From contig OZ245814.1 in assembly GCA_965228415.1 (NCBI GenBank), forward strand, positions 2,001,125 through 2,065,124: 64,000 nt of DNA, in the 5' to 3' direction. The notes under the pieces are model-generated. The model was not told where the DNA came from, made no database searches, and saw nothing but the letters and a program-made list of their open reading frames with translations. Shown here in pieces: positions 20,334 to 30,221 of this stretch. The position numbers were made by a program, and so were the translations under genes. How positions within the stretch are numbered: the first letter of the stretch is position 1; every line of letters starts with the position of its first letter. The DNA is from Cyclobacteriaceae bacterium (GTDB lineage Bacteria > Bacteroidota > Bacteroidia > Cytophagales > Cyclobacteriaceae).

Positions 20334-23300
20334 CTAGCGAATTGAGGCCTTCTCATCTTTGTCTTTCTTATTCTTTTCGTTAATGCCAAGTGATGGTTTA
20401 ATACCGCTCAAAAGGGATTTCCAAAGAAAGTTAAACAGGGATTTCTTTTTGTCCCTTTCAAAATAAATCTCTCCTACTCTCAAATTTTTGCCATTAGGGT
20501 TTTTATTGTTAATGACAAAAGTATTCGCTAAAAATGAAGCAAATCCACCTTTGTCACCGGTTTTCTTTTTAATCACCGTAATCTTCAAATCACTATATCT
20601 AAAGCGCATTTCACCAACGGCAAAATTATTATTTCCGTCAAATGAAAAATCCATCTTATCGTTCTGGCCGCTTTTTACAGAAACAAAGGCGACATTTTCC
20701 AACATCGGATTCACATCTCTTAAATCAAAGCGGTCGATGGTTCCCTGAAGTGTAAATTTGTTCTGCTTACCGGAAATATTGGAACTAAAATATGCCTGGA
20801 TTTTGCCTTTTCCCATCAACATGGCCCGGGCGTCAATGGTAAGCATGTCATTTCTTTTCCAGGCCGCCGGCGCGTTGGTAATATTTCTTACGTCGGCATT
20901 CACGTTGGTAAATTCGATTTTACCCGGTTTTTGTCCATCTTCCGTGAATTCTTCATAGGATACATAGCCATTTTTCAATTGCAACAGATCCAGCTTCAGG
21001 TAGCGGTCAAAATCTCTAATCCATTCCTGGGGCATAAGTGGCTTTTGATCTGTTGGAAATGGTAACCTTTTGTCTCTAAAATTCCGTGCCCTGAAATTAT
21101 TTATATTAACGATGCCTGCCTTCACCCAACCCCGCAAAATATAATTTTCAAAATCGAAGTTTTTAAATTCCACCAGCCGTGCATTAAATTCTACACGGTC
21201 TTTTTCATGACCCAGCTTATTGGCAAATTGAAACTTTCCGTATTTTGGTTTCAAAACGACGGAATCCATATATATTCTGGATTTTGCCAGACTGACACCA
21301 ATTTCATCGGCTTTCAACGTGTAGAGACTATCCGGTAAGCGATAGGTATAATCCTTAATCTTAAGATCAATATCATCAGCGTAAAACAGCCTGGAATCGA
21401 TCTTCCTTGATTTGTTATTCAAATTAAAATTTTTCACCTTTCCTGAAATCCGTTCCAGCAGCATGTCCTGACTTTCGGGATCTTTCACTTTTTTCAGCGA
21501 AAAGGTAGCACCGCTGAAATCAAGTTTTTGCACATTCAAAAATTTGAGGTTCTTGGACAGTAATTTGTCCAGGATATCCTTCGGATCGATCCGCTTACCT
21601 CCCTGAACAGGTTCTTTATAGCTGATTAACCCGATATTCGGGTTTTTGATATAGGCATTTCTTACCGTGTAATTCTTTTGCAAATAAGCCTTTTCCAGGT
21701 CGATACCAGTCAGGTCAATTTTTGGAAAACTTACATCAAACAGGAGTTTACTTTTCTGATTTCTCAGCAGTTGGTTATAATTTTTGTTTCTTCTGGGTTT
21801 TAGTCTGAAGTCTTCTGCGGATAAAAGCTTTTTGCCCGATGATACGTTGATGTTGCTGGCACTTATATGATGTATACTATCCGGCAACCGCATTTGATAA
21901 TTAGTCATATCCAGCTCAATGTTATCTGCATAAAGAATTTTCCGGCTGTTGTTCAAGATGACAGAATCAAGCAAAAAATCATTCAGCCTCATGGAAAAAT
22001 CGGTAGTAGAGAAGATTTGTTTCTTCCTTCCCAGTTGGTTTCCCAAAGCCACCCGGCCATTGGTCAACTTAACATCCTTGATCTTGACACCCTTCAGAAC
22101 AGCCGGCATTCGGGCCTGTCGGGAGCGGCTCATAAACTTGTTTTTCCCCTTAATTTCTACCTGGTTAATAATTTCAAAGGTCGGTTTGCTCAGTTCAATA
22201 TCATTAATCTCCAGCAGGTTGTTGTAATATAACTTGTTGATATCCACGCCCTGCATGACAATGGTAGGCACCGACACGTTGTAAAATGCTGGCAAATCCA
22301 CCGTATCCAGGCGGTTGCTTTTCGGATGTAGCTTAGAAGATTTTAAATATATCTCCGATTTGGCCGTAGAAATTCCTACTTCCCGGGTCCTCAACACATG
22401 AATACTGTCGGGAAGGTTAATGAGATAATTATTCAACTTCACTTCAATATCATCGGAATAAAAAATCCGGTTTTTGTTGCGGCTGGACTGGTTATTTAAC
22501 ACAAAGTTGGTGGCCTCAATAGAGACATTATTTTGCGATAAAGTATTGGCGTCTTGCGATGTGTTGGTGACAACATTAAAAAACCCGTTGTTTAAACGCA
22601 TTTTTGTTATATTGATTGATTTGAGGTAATCTTCAAACAAAGCGTACAAATCATCTTTTTTGAATGTTGAGTTCCTCCTTTGCCGGGTGATGTGGGTGTA
22701 GCGATTGAGTACAACATTCGGTTTGTCGATGGTAATAGTCTTAATATTTAAAAAATGCCTGAAATAGGCCTTTCGTATATCAGCCCCATTGATAAGCAAA
22801 GATGGAATATCGATGTTGTACAGGACAGATCGATTTGACCTTCTAAGAAACATATCTATGTTCTTGACCGGGATAGGAAATAGTTTTATACCGTTGGCAT
22901 AGATCTGTGACTTGATGGTTGATATTCCTACTTTCCTGGCTTTTAATATGTGCAAATCATCTGACAACTTCATCAGATAACGCTCTAAAGTAAAGGTGAT
23001 GTTATCGGCAAAGAAAATCCGGTTGGACGTATATTGACCTACGGAATCAAGCTTGAAATTGTCCAGTGAAAAAGCAATTCTACCCGCCCTTATCGTATCC
23101 TTTTTGGCTCCTTTATAATTCGCATATTCCAGGCTTCCGTCTCTCAGCTGTATCTGGCTGACTGCGATGGATTTCACATAGTTCTTAATCAGCCGGTACA
23201 GTGACGCTTCGTCAAGCTGGTTGTGGCTGACCCTCGGCTTGCTATAATCAGAGATTTTTACAATCGGGTTTTCAACCAATAATTTTCGAAATTCAAGATC

Positions 23301-24761
23301 CCGGTAGTTGTATACCTTTTTAAAATCAACCCCCTCAAGGTCCAGTTGCGGAACAGACAAATTATACAATTCATATCCATTTCTCCTTGCCAGGGCCTCA
23401 TTCCCTTGTTTTGGCTGCAAGGAAACCGTATTGGCAATCGCTGATCTACTGAGCGTTGAGAACTCAATTTTTGCCGCTTTTAATATATGGAGACTGTCCG
23501 CGAGATCCATGGTATATTCACCGATATCTACAGTCAAATCATCCGCATAGAATATTTTTTCCTCGTTTCGATAAGATGATGAATCCACGAGAAACTGGCT
23601 GATCGCCACCGATACATCATTGGCCAGAATATGGGGCCTGTTGTTATCTATTTCCTGGGTGATGGCAAATTTACCATTGACGATTTCAAACGAGTCCACG
23701 TGAATCTTGTCAAGATAGGCGGAGCTTAGCGAGTACAAATTTCTGGAAATGGAATCGCGGTCCATTTTTGTGAATTTCTTTCTGGTTATAAACCTGATCT
23801 CGGGTTCATTCAGGTTTACATAGTCAATATCAAAAACACCATCAAAATAGGCCTGGTAAATATCTGCGCCGCTGATTTCTATCTCCGGAATGTAGATATC
23901 GTAAAACTCTTCATTATCATCATTCTTGATACTATCCGGCGCCATGCTTGGCAGTAACCACAATTTCTTCCCGCTAATGGTAGAGGTGGCAGTAGAAACA
24001 TTGACTTCCTCAGCCTCCAGCACATGCACACCATCACTTAATTTTAACCTGTAGTCCTCAATGTCAAGGTTGATGTGATCGGCAAACAGCAGCCGGCTGC
24101 TATCTTGCGTGAAAGTGGAATCAATGCGAAATCCATTTAAGGTAATGAAGATATCGCCGGCAGTAGATAATGCGGTCTTGCCATACTGGCTGTTTTCCAA
24201 AATAATTGAGCCGTTGGAAAACTTCAATTCCTTGATTAATAGCGCCTTAATATATTTTCTAAGAAAGGGATAAACATCGTTATATATCTTGTTGTGCCTG
24301 TTGGTCCCGTCAAACTTGTTGGCGCCTAAAAAATCCACTTTAGGATCTGTAATTTCTACGTTGGCAATTTCTAAAACCTTGTCGTAATAAAGTTTCAATA
24401 GCCCTATCCCGCCTACCTTAATTTCCGGAAACTCGATGTTATAGTAGCTTTTGACAGTGTCGGCCTTAACCTTATCCAGGAATGCATCGTTGGGTTGGAC
24501 GCTTAAATCCTTAATTTTGAAACCCAGACCCGCCAGGTTGATATGCACTTTCTCAAATTCGATTTTGTACACCCCGCCGCTCTCGGCCATTAGTTTTCGC
24601 TGTAAAACCTGCCGGATGAAAGGATCGGAAAAATAAAACAGCAGTACCTGGAATATCACTAATATACCAAGGATTGATAATGATACTCTCAAAAACCTGC
24701 GTCTGGTCCTTCCAGGCCTTTTGGCTTTTTTTTGTTTAATATTTGCCTTTTTGTTACTCAA
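20334..24761 (-). CDS. AsmA/TamB-family giant envelope protein (1475 aa)
   Basis: N-terminal basic stretch plus a single TM anchor; long beta-rich body with more than five internal ~150-aa repeats (...LHILKARKVGISTIKSQIYANGIKL..., ...IHVLRTREVGISTAKSEIYLKSSKL...) typical of AsmA-like/TamB proteins. Confidence 0.5.
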   Translation of the reverse strand: MSNKKANIKQKKAKRPGRTRRRFLRVSLSILGILVIFQVLLFYFSDPFIRQVLQRKLMAESGGVYKIEFEKVHINLAGLGFKIKDLSVQPNDAFLDKVKADTVKSYYNIEFPEIKVGGIGLLKLYYDKVLEIANVEITDPKVDFLGANKFDGTNRHNKIYNDVYPFLRKYIKALLIKELKFSNGSIILENSQYGKTALSTAGDIFITLNGFRIDSTFTQDSSRLLFADHINLDIEDYRLKLSDGVHVLEAEEVNVSTATSTISGKKLWLLPSMAPDSIKNDDNEEFYDIYIPEIEISGADIYQAYFDGVFDIDYVNLNEPEIRFITRKKFTKMDRDSISRNLYSLSSAYLDKIHVDSFEIVNGKFAITQEIDNNRPHILANDVSVAISQFLVDSSSYRNEEKIFYADDLTVDIGEYTMDLADSLHILKAAKIEFSTLSRSAIANTVSLQPKQGNEALARRNGYELYNLSVPQLDLEGVDFKKVYNYRDLEFRKLLVENPIVKISDYSKPRVSHNQLDEASLYRLIKNYVKSIAVSQIQLRDGSLEYANYKGAKKDTIRAGRIAFSLDNFKLDSVGQYTSNRIFFADNITFTLERYLMKLSDDLHILKARKVGISTIKSQIYANGIKLFPIPVKNIDMFLRRSNRSVLYNIDIPSLLINGADIRKAYFRHFLNIKTITIDKPNVVLNRYTHITRQRRNSTFKKDDLYALFEDYLKSINITKMRLNNGFFNVVTNTSQDANTLSQNNVSIEATNFVLNNQSSRNKNRIFYSDDIEVKLNNYLINLPDSIHVLRTREVGISTAKSEIYLKSSKLHPKSNRLDTVDLPAFYNVSVPTIVMQGVDINKLYYNNLLEINDIELSKPTFEIINQVEIKGKNKFMSRSRQARMPAVLKGVKIKDVKLTNGRVALGNQLGRKKQIFSTTDFSMRLNDFLLDSVILNNSRKILYADNIELDMTNYQMRLPDSIHHISASNINVSSGKKLLSAEDFRLKPRRNKNYNQLLRNQKSKLLFDVSFPKIDLTGIDLEKAYLQKNYTVRNAYIKNPNIGLISYKEPVQGGKRIDPKDILDKLLSKNLKFLNVQKLDFSGATFSLKKVKDPESQDMLLERISGKVKNFNLNNKSRKIDSRLFYADDIDLKIKDYTYRLPDSLYTLKADEIGVSLAKSRIYMDSVVLKPKYGKFQFANKLGHEKDRVEFNARLVEFKNFDFENYILRGWVKAGIVNINNFRARNFRDKRLPFPTDQKPLMPQEWIRDFDRYLKLDLLQLKNGYVSYEEFTEDGQKPGKIEFTNVNADVRNITNAPAAWKRNDMLTIDARAMLMGKGKIQAYFSSNISGKQNKFTLQGTIDRFDLRDVNPMLENVAFVSVKSGQNDKMDFSFDGNNNFAVGEMRFRYSDLKITVIKKKTGDKGGFASFLANTFVINNKNPNGKNLRVGEIYFERDKKKSLFNFLWKSLLSGIKPSLGINEKNKKDKDEKASIR

Positions 24762-24886
24762 AAAAACGACAGTTATTAGTAAAAATAAGACAATCGCCTA
24801 ACATATCCTCAGTATGACCCATAATTCAAATAATCTTGCACGGTTAAAAGCCGCGCCCTTATCAATGCAAAACGCCCGAAATTATG

Positions 24887-25492
24887 CTAAATTAACGGGA
24901 ATGTACAAATACTCTTGTGACAGGTGCAGTGGTTTCCCAGATGAAATAATCCCACCTTATCATAGGTGACGGTATCTGGTATCCGGATACTGTCGGGCAC
25001 TTTTCCATAGCCAAGGGTAATATGAGGCCAAAAATTTTCGCCTATATTCCGTTCCCAAAAATTATTAATGTAGGTTATACTGGAATCCCCAATTTGTGAA
25101 TCACCGGCAAACATTGCTGCGGTTATGTCTCCCACCAAAGAAGATCTGAAACTTTTTATCAATGTTTCATGCAGCTGCTGCAGGCGTTCATTTTTTTTAA
25201 AATCAAGGCTCGCACAGTCATTTTTATAGGCCACTTTATCAATTTTCAGATGAAATGGAGCACAAGACGAGGTCAATGACCGAATTTCTTTAGCGGACCC
25301 CTCCAGCTGATCCACCGGAAATCCTCCCATCACGAGGGTAAGGTGCGGCAAATTAGTGGCCTTTGATAAAACAATTTGCTGATTAGCTGGTTGCCGTAAC
25401 GTCCTGTTCAGCAAGACGATATCTATGATATCCCGATCTGACGGTAATAAAACAATGTCTGCCGCTATAATTTCTGTCGGGTGTTGGTACAA
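24887..25492 (-). CDS. 2H-phosphoesterase superfamily protein (LigT/ThpR 2'-5' RNA ligase-like)
   Basis: Two H-x-T/S-x motifs (LPHLTLVMGGF and WPHITLGYGK) at the spacing expected for the 2H fold. Confidence 0.6.
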   Translation of the reverse strand: MYQHPTEIIAADIVLLPSDRDIIDIVLLNRTLRQPANQQIVLSKATNLPHLTLVMGGFPVDQLEGSAKEIRSLTSSCAPFHLKIDKVAYKNDCASLDFKKNERLQQLHETLIKSFRSSLVGDITAAMFAGDSQIGDSSITYINNFWERNIGENFWPHITLGYGKVPDSIRIPDTVTYDKVGLFHLGNHCTCHKSICTFPLI

Positions 25493-25524
25493 GGGAATGG
25501 TTGCTTGATTTATTTCATATTAAA

Positions 25525-25977
25525 TCACCATATTTCTAATTCCAGGTGTAATTCTCCTTCATTATCATAGATGCCACTGTCAATATCATTACACCGCAAC
25601 TGCAATACCTTAGGGTAATCTGTTTTGGGAATTAAAATTCCATCCCGGTCAATGGCAAACAACGTAGCGTTGTTATTATCCCCATCGTCCTCCAATTGTG
25701 GAAATTCCATGACAAAATGCCCGTTTGACTTTATGTTTTCGGAATACAATACTCTTCCAATCAGACAGCCTTCGTTTTTCCCGGCCATTGGATACTCCGA
25801 CTTTTCAGCTTTGACCGGCCCTCCTTCCGGGCCATATTTATTGGGCCCGTGCTTGCCGGGATTAATATTCCATAACCCGTCTTTATAGTGCACAAATACA
25901 GAATATCCTGCTGGAATGGTGATTCCTTTTTGCCACGTTTCGAAGGCCACAACTTTTCTAGGTATTTTGGCTCCCAT
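25525..25977 (-). CDS. Hypothetical protein with PA-IL/LecA-like lectin domain
   Basis: Block NINPGKHGPNKYGPEGGP...GCLIGRVLYS resembles the PA-IL galactophilic lectin core (..SYGPTQKWGPQG...GLICHDAFCGALVMKIG). No signal peptide is obvious. Confidence 0.4.
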   Translation of the reverse strand: MGAKIPRKVVAFETWQKGITIPAGYSVFVHYKDGLWNINPGKHGPNKYGPEGGPVKAEKSEYPMAGKNEGCLIGRVLYSENIKSNGHFVMEFPQLEDDGDNNNATLFAIDRDGILIPKTDYPKVLQLRCNDIDSGIYDNEGELHLELEIW

Positions 25978-26097
25978 GATTTATTATGTTTTTTCACATC
26001 ATCAACTGCTTCAAATATATACATTATACCACTTGAAAATTCCTTAAATATTACCAATACCTAACATGGATTAAATAATTGAGGCAATCGTCTCAAT

Positions 26098-26598
26098 TCA
26101 ATCCCGGCTCATATAGGCAATAGAAGCAATTTTCCATTGACCGTTAAACCTGATCAAAGTGATGGCATCAATTCCCTCCCATCGGTAAAGGCTATCTTCG
26201 GTACCAAACTTAGCTTCGTAAAATACCCACGCCTGGGCCAGGCCACCTTCAACCTTAATGTCGCTTTTCACCATCTTTTCCTCAAATATCGGCTGACTGT
26301 CAGGCCCTTCGGGTGCCTTTACAATAAATTCAGGAATGGTAGTATAATGGATGTCTTCTGCACTTTCGCCAGGTTTTTGCCAGACAGTTGTCATTACAGC
26401 TCCCTCCCAGAAATGAGTCGCAAAAGCCTGCCAGTTCCGGTCCGAAAAATCCTGGTAATATTGGGCCAACGCCGCCTCGATCCTCTTTTTAGATAAGACA
26501 TTTTCCTCGCTTTCTTTCAATTCCTTTTTTTTCGGAGAACAGGCCTTAAAAGACAGCGCAATTAAAAGTAATGATATGGCAAAAGCAGAAACCCTCAT
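26098..26598 (-). CDS. Hypothetical lipoprotein, NTF2-like fold (DUF4440-like)
   Basis: Signal peptide with lipobox SFKAC; ~150-aa alpha+beta domain of the NTF2/SnoaL size class. Confidence 0.4.
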   Translation of the reverse strand: MRVSAFAISLLLIALSFKACSPKKKELKESEENVLSKKRIEAALAQYYQDFSDRNWQAFATHFWEGAVMTTVWQKPGESAEDIHYTTIPEFIVKAPEGPDSQPIFEEKMVKSDIKVEGGLAQAWVFYEAKFGTEDSLYRWEGIDAITLIRFNGQWKIASIAYMSRD

Positions 26599-26603
26599 GT
26601 CAA

Positions 26604-27083
26604 TTATTGGTAGGTGGCATGTTGGGCTATAAATTTTTCCAGGTTATTCAATGCAGTCTTATGAACTTTGTTTTTTAAAACCGGTGACCACCCCAACGCC
26701 AGGCCCGGCAACCCGAGTGCCTGTCTTGACCATCGCCAAAAGTTAAATTCATCGTCATGTTGTATAATTTTGCCCGCTTCAAACCGGAATTTTGCCTTGA
26801 TGATATTATGCACCTTTTGCCCTGTAGCTGAAAAAGTGTATTTTGCTTCCCACCGGCAGGAACCTCGCCGCTCATCACTTTCCACCTCGCTAAACGTAAG
26901 CTCCAAATCCTTTCCTCGTTCACAAAGCATATGCCACATGGCAGCAGTCTGTTTGTAATTTAGTGTCAGAAATGCCGGGTCTCTGAAAGTCAGCTTCTCG
27001 TGGTAGCAGGCGGCCATGGATTGATAGTCTCTCCTTTGGAATGCCTCGTAAAATGATGCGATTAAATGATTATGATCTGGCAA
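26604..27083 (-). CDS. SnoaL/NTF2-like small protein
   Basis: The N-terminal IASFYEAFQRRDYQSMAACYHEKLTFRDPAF block is typical of SnoaL-like polyketide-cyclase/NTF2 domains. Lies 5 bp from the upstream lipoprotein gene. Confidence 0.5.
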   Translation of the reverse strand: MPDHNHLIASFYEAFQRRDYQSMAACYHEKLTFRDPAFLTLNYKQTAAMWHMLCERGKDLELTFSEVESDERRGSCRWEAKYTFSATGQKVHNIIKAKFRFEAGKIIQHDDEFNFWRWSRQALGLPGLALGWSPVLKNKVHKTALNNLEKFIAQHATYQ

Positions 27084-27106
27084 GGGTTAAGGGTTTAGGT
27101 AATTGT

Positions 27107-27814
27107 TTAGTATCTCATGTCAGGAAAACCAACCGGATCCGCCCACAATCTGTTAAACTCTTTCTGATAGCTTTTGACCACCGCCGCATCCTGCGTCACC
27201 ATTAAATTCTCATGGTTATTCTCGGCAGCGCTTCTCGTCCAGTTGTAACTCCCCGTAAGTACGGAAATACCATCAATAACTGCAAATTTATGGTGCATAT
27301 GATGGGAGGTGTCATCGGTTTTTATATGGATACCCGCTTTTAACATTGTTTCGATATCGGAACCCAGATCGTAAATTTTGTCGTTGTCGGTAATGATCCT
27401 AACGGCAATCCCTCTGCGGTGGCAATCAATAATGGCCCTGGTAATCCTGTCATCGCTAATCGTAAACACACATAGGTTGATCGTTTTTATGGCCTGGTTT
27501 AGCGCTGTTAATATAGCTTCCAAACAGGCACTTCCCGGAGAAAAGTAAACCTGGCTAACACCATGTACCGACTTTTTAGGTAATAGAATTTTATTGGCCG
27601 TCTCCAACCAATCGATGATTTTTAAAATTCCATGCTCATGGGCATGGTTCCGGGCCAGTTCAAAAATTTTATGCCTCAGCAGGTCGAGTGTGCGTTTATC
27701 CTGACGGTAGTCTTCTATTTTTTGTTTGAGCGCTCGCTTTTCCAGCCTCGAAAAATTGCCGTCCTCAATAGTATCGCGAAACGACTGAGTAATCTCTTCC
27801 ATTGGTTCAGACAT
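27107..27814 (-). CDS. PLD-family single-HKD (Nuc-like) nuclease/phosphodiesterase with ~100-aa N-terminal helical extension
   Basis: HxK(x)4D(x)6GSxN motif HHKFAVIDGISVLTGSYNWT, preceded by the Nuc-like core VYFSPGSA...ITDNDK. A single HKD copy implies a homodimeric active site. Confidence 0.75.
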   Translation of the reverse strand: MSEPMEEITQSFRDTIEDGNFSRLEKRALKQKIEDYRQDKRTLDLLRHKIFELARNHAHEHGILKIIDWLETANKILLPKKSVHGVSQVYFSPGSACLEAILTALNQAIKTINLCVFTISDDRITRAIIDCHRRGIAVRIITDNDKIYDLGSDIETMLKAGIHIKTDDTSHHMHHKFAVIDGISVLTGSYNWTRSAAENNHENLMVTQDAAVVKSYQKEFNRLWADPVGFPDMRY

Positions 27815-27838
27815 CTTTGAACTAATTTTTGAACATTT

Positions 27839-28618
27839 CTATTTTAATTTCTTTTTTATCTCTCTGATTTCATCCTCAATTTTCAGAACCCTTGCCTCCA
27901 CGGCGGAGGGTGGGTTTAGGTAGATACTATAAACCCCGTAAACCTGCCATAACTCCAGGATCTCATCAGTTTTCAGGTAAATGGTAGAATAGTTGGGATC
28001 ATCCGCAGAAAATTCGATCTGGTCGCCGATATCCGTTATTCTTCGCGTAGTAATATTGTCTTTGGTCACCACCACGAATACCTTACCCTTCCTGATATTC
28101 CTGGCTGTTAATGTTTCGATTTGATAACCCAGCAAAATGTCTCCATGATGCAGCCCATTGTGATTATATTCCATCTCACTGCCATTCAACTGAAAAGCCC
28201 TTGACTTTTCCTTGCGACTGATGGGCAGGTAAATTTTTTCCAGCCTGGAAATAAAATCCTTATTCTGATAATTTACAATGTACTCCAGGTATTTGTCTAC
28301 CAAAACCAGCGATATGCCACCTTCCGGCATGGCACTTGTCTTTTTTCCGGCATCAGGCAGGCCTACTCCATCCGCGTCACCGACAATAATATCGAATTTA
28401 TAAAGATCATTTACCGTCAATTCTTTATTTAATAGCAAATCAATGGAAAGTCCAAAATGATGAGCAATTTGAACAATTGTCTCGATCTTTGGTTCCGCTC
28501 TACCCTCCTCATATGCTCCAACACTAGGCCTGGCCAGGCTAAATAATTCAGCAAAACTAGCCTGACTAAGCTTTTTAACCGTTCTAATCTTTTTAATATT
28601 TTTTCCAATATATGACAT
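27839..28618 (-). CDS. XRE-family HTH + S24 peptidase (LexA/phage CI-like) repressor
   Basis: N-terminal HTH_XRE (IKKIRTVKKLSQASFAELFSLARPSVGAYEEG) and a C-terminal S24 LexA-like beta-domain. It is the first gene of the minus-strand operon. Confidence 0.8.
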   Translation of the reverse strand: MSYIGKNIKKIRTVKKLSQASFAELFSLARPSVGAYEEGRAEPKIETIVQIAHHFGLSIDLLLNKELTVNDLYKFDIIVGDADGVGLPDAGKKTSAMPEGGISLVLVDKYLEYIVNYQNKDFISRLEKIYLPISRKEKSRAFQLNGSEMEYNHNGLHHGDILLGYQIETLTARNIRKGKVFVVVTKDNITTRRITDIGDQIEFSADDPNYSTIYLKTDEILELWQVYGVYSIYLNPPSAVEARVLKIEDEIREIKKKLK

Positions 28619-28916
28619 AACAAAAATTATTTTATGCTAATTTTTTGAGCTTCTCTAAAACTTTTAGTATATTTATTCCGTAAACAATATTAAACGCCGT
28701 CTAATTTAACGAATAAATATCTAATATTATTATCATAGTAAATAAAAGTAGCATTTCCAATTTCAATTAACAAACCACTACCAACAAACATATTCATGAA
28801 AAAAAAATTAGATCGATACTAAATGCCTTCCTTTTAAATTAACCTGCTTCAAAATAAGCAGATATATCAAATCAAAACAATTTTACAATGGATAAGAACT
28901 TATAAAAACTCAAACA

Positions 28917-29312
28917 ATGGATAACGATTTTAATAAAGTAAAAAACTACATCCTTGAACTCAATTATCTAATTACCTACGAAAACGAAAGCGACGGACTG
29001 ATTGCCATCGAAAAAGAAACGGAAGGAATCAAAAACCTGGTACTGGGTATTGCCGAACCCTTATTAATTGTCGAACAATTTATTCTTGAAATTAATAAAG
29101 ACAACCAGGATGTATACAAAAGTCTTTTACAAAAAAACCGGGATATCATTCACGGTGCCTTTGTACTGGACGAAAGCGGCAAAAAACTCATCTTCAGAAA
29201 CACCCATGAATTAGAAAATCTCAATTTGAATGAAATCGAAGGGACTTTAAATTCTTTGGGACTATTGCTCAGTGAATACTCTGAAGAGTTAATAAAATTT
29301 TCCAAAAATTAA
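28917..29312 (+). CDS. Small hypothetical protein, possibly YbjN/T3SS-chaperone-like
   Basis: 131 aa, acidic, with two alpha/beta half-repeats; it is the first gene of the psp-like cluster. The fold assignment is tentative. Confidence 0.35.
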   Translation: MDNDFNKVKNYILELNYLITYENESDGLIAIEKETEGIKNLVLGIAEPLLIVEQFILEINKDNQDVYKSLLQKNRDIIHGAFVLDESGKKLIFRNTHELENLNLNEIEGTLNSLGLLLSEYSEELIKFSKN

Positions 29313-29326
29313 ACGCAAGTTGTATT

Positions 29327-30061
29327 ATGAACATTTTCAAGAGAATCTTTAAAATCGGACAGGCTGAGGCCCATTCCACGGTTGATAAACTGGAGGATCC
29401 CATTAAAATGACCGAGCAGGGAATCAGAGATATGAAGGCAGACCTGGAGAAAAGCCTGAAAGCTTTGGCGGAGGTAAAATCCCTCGCTATAAGAGCCCGG
29501 GATGATGCAGAAAGTAATAAAAACAAAGCAAAAGATTATGAAAACAAGGCCATGCTACTTTTAAAGAGAGCACAGTCTGGTGATATGGATATGTCGGAAG
29601 CCGACCGGTTAGCCACCGAAGCCCTGGTAAAAAAAGAGGAGTGTCTGCAGCAAACCAGCAGGGCCAATGCACAGCAACACAAATTTGAGGAAAATGTAGC
29701 CGCACTCAATGCCAATATCAAGACCATACGCGGAAATATCAGCAAGTGGGAAAATGAATTAAAAACCCTGAAAGCCAGGGTAAAAGTGAGCTCGGCCACC
29801 AAGACTTTAAATAAGCAATTAGCTCAAATTGATTCCTCCAGCACTGTATCAATGCTGGAAAAAATGAAGGATAAAGTGGCCAGGGAGGAAGCAATCGCGG
29901 AATCTTACGGTGAGATTGCTCAGGAAAGCAGATCTGTAGATGAGGAAATTGACAAGGCACTGGCCGGAGCCGGCCATGACCGTGCTGTGGAAGATCTAGG
30001 AGCACTCAAAAAGAAATTAGGAATTATCAAAAAAGACGATGAGGGAGCAGAAGGGGAATAA
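29327..30061 (+). CDS. PspA/IM30 (Vipp1/LiaH, ESCRT-III-like) family protein
   Basis: Canonical PspA N-terminus (MNIFKRIFKIGQAEAHSTVDKLEDPIKMTEQGIRDMKADL) and coiled-coil throughout, 244 aa. Confidence 0.85.
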   Translation: MNIFKRIFKIGQAEAHSTVDKLEDPIKMTEQGIRDMKADLEKSLKALAEVKSLAIRARDDAESNKNKAKDYENKAMLLLKRAQSGDMDMSEADRLATEALVKKEECLQQTSRANAQQHKFEENVAALNANIKTIRGNISKWENELKTLKARVKVSSATKTLNKQLAQIDSSSTVSMLEKMKDKVAREEAIAESYGEIAQESRSVDEEIDKALAGAGHDRAVEDLGALKKKLGIIKKDDEGAEGE

Positions 30062-30221
30062 TCCCGCTGCTTCCATCAACGACTTAACCAATCATACAAT
30101 TTATACCAAAGGTATTAAGGCATCGTCGTGGTTAACCAGGTTAATTTTAACCCATGCGCAAATGCGATGCCTGCCTAAAACTGAATTTTCAAATTTTTGA
30201 TCGTTAGAATTATTTACGTCC

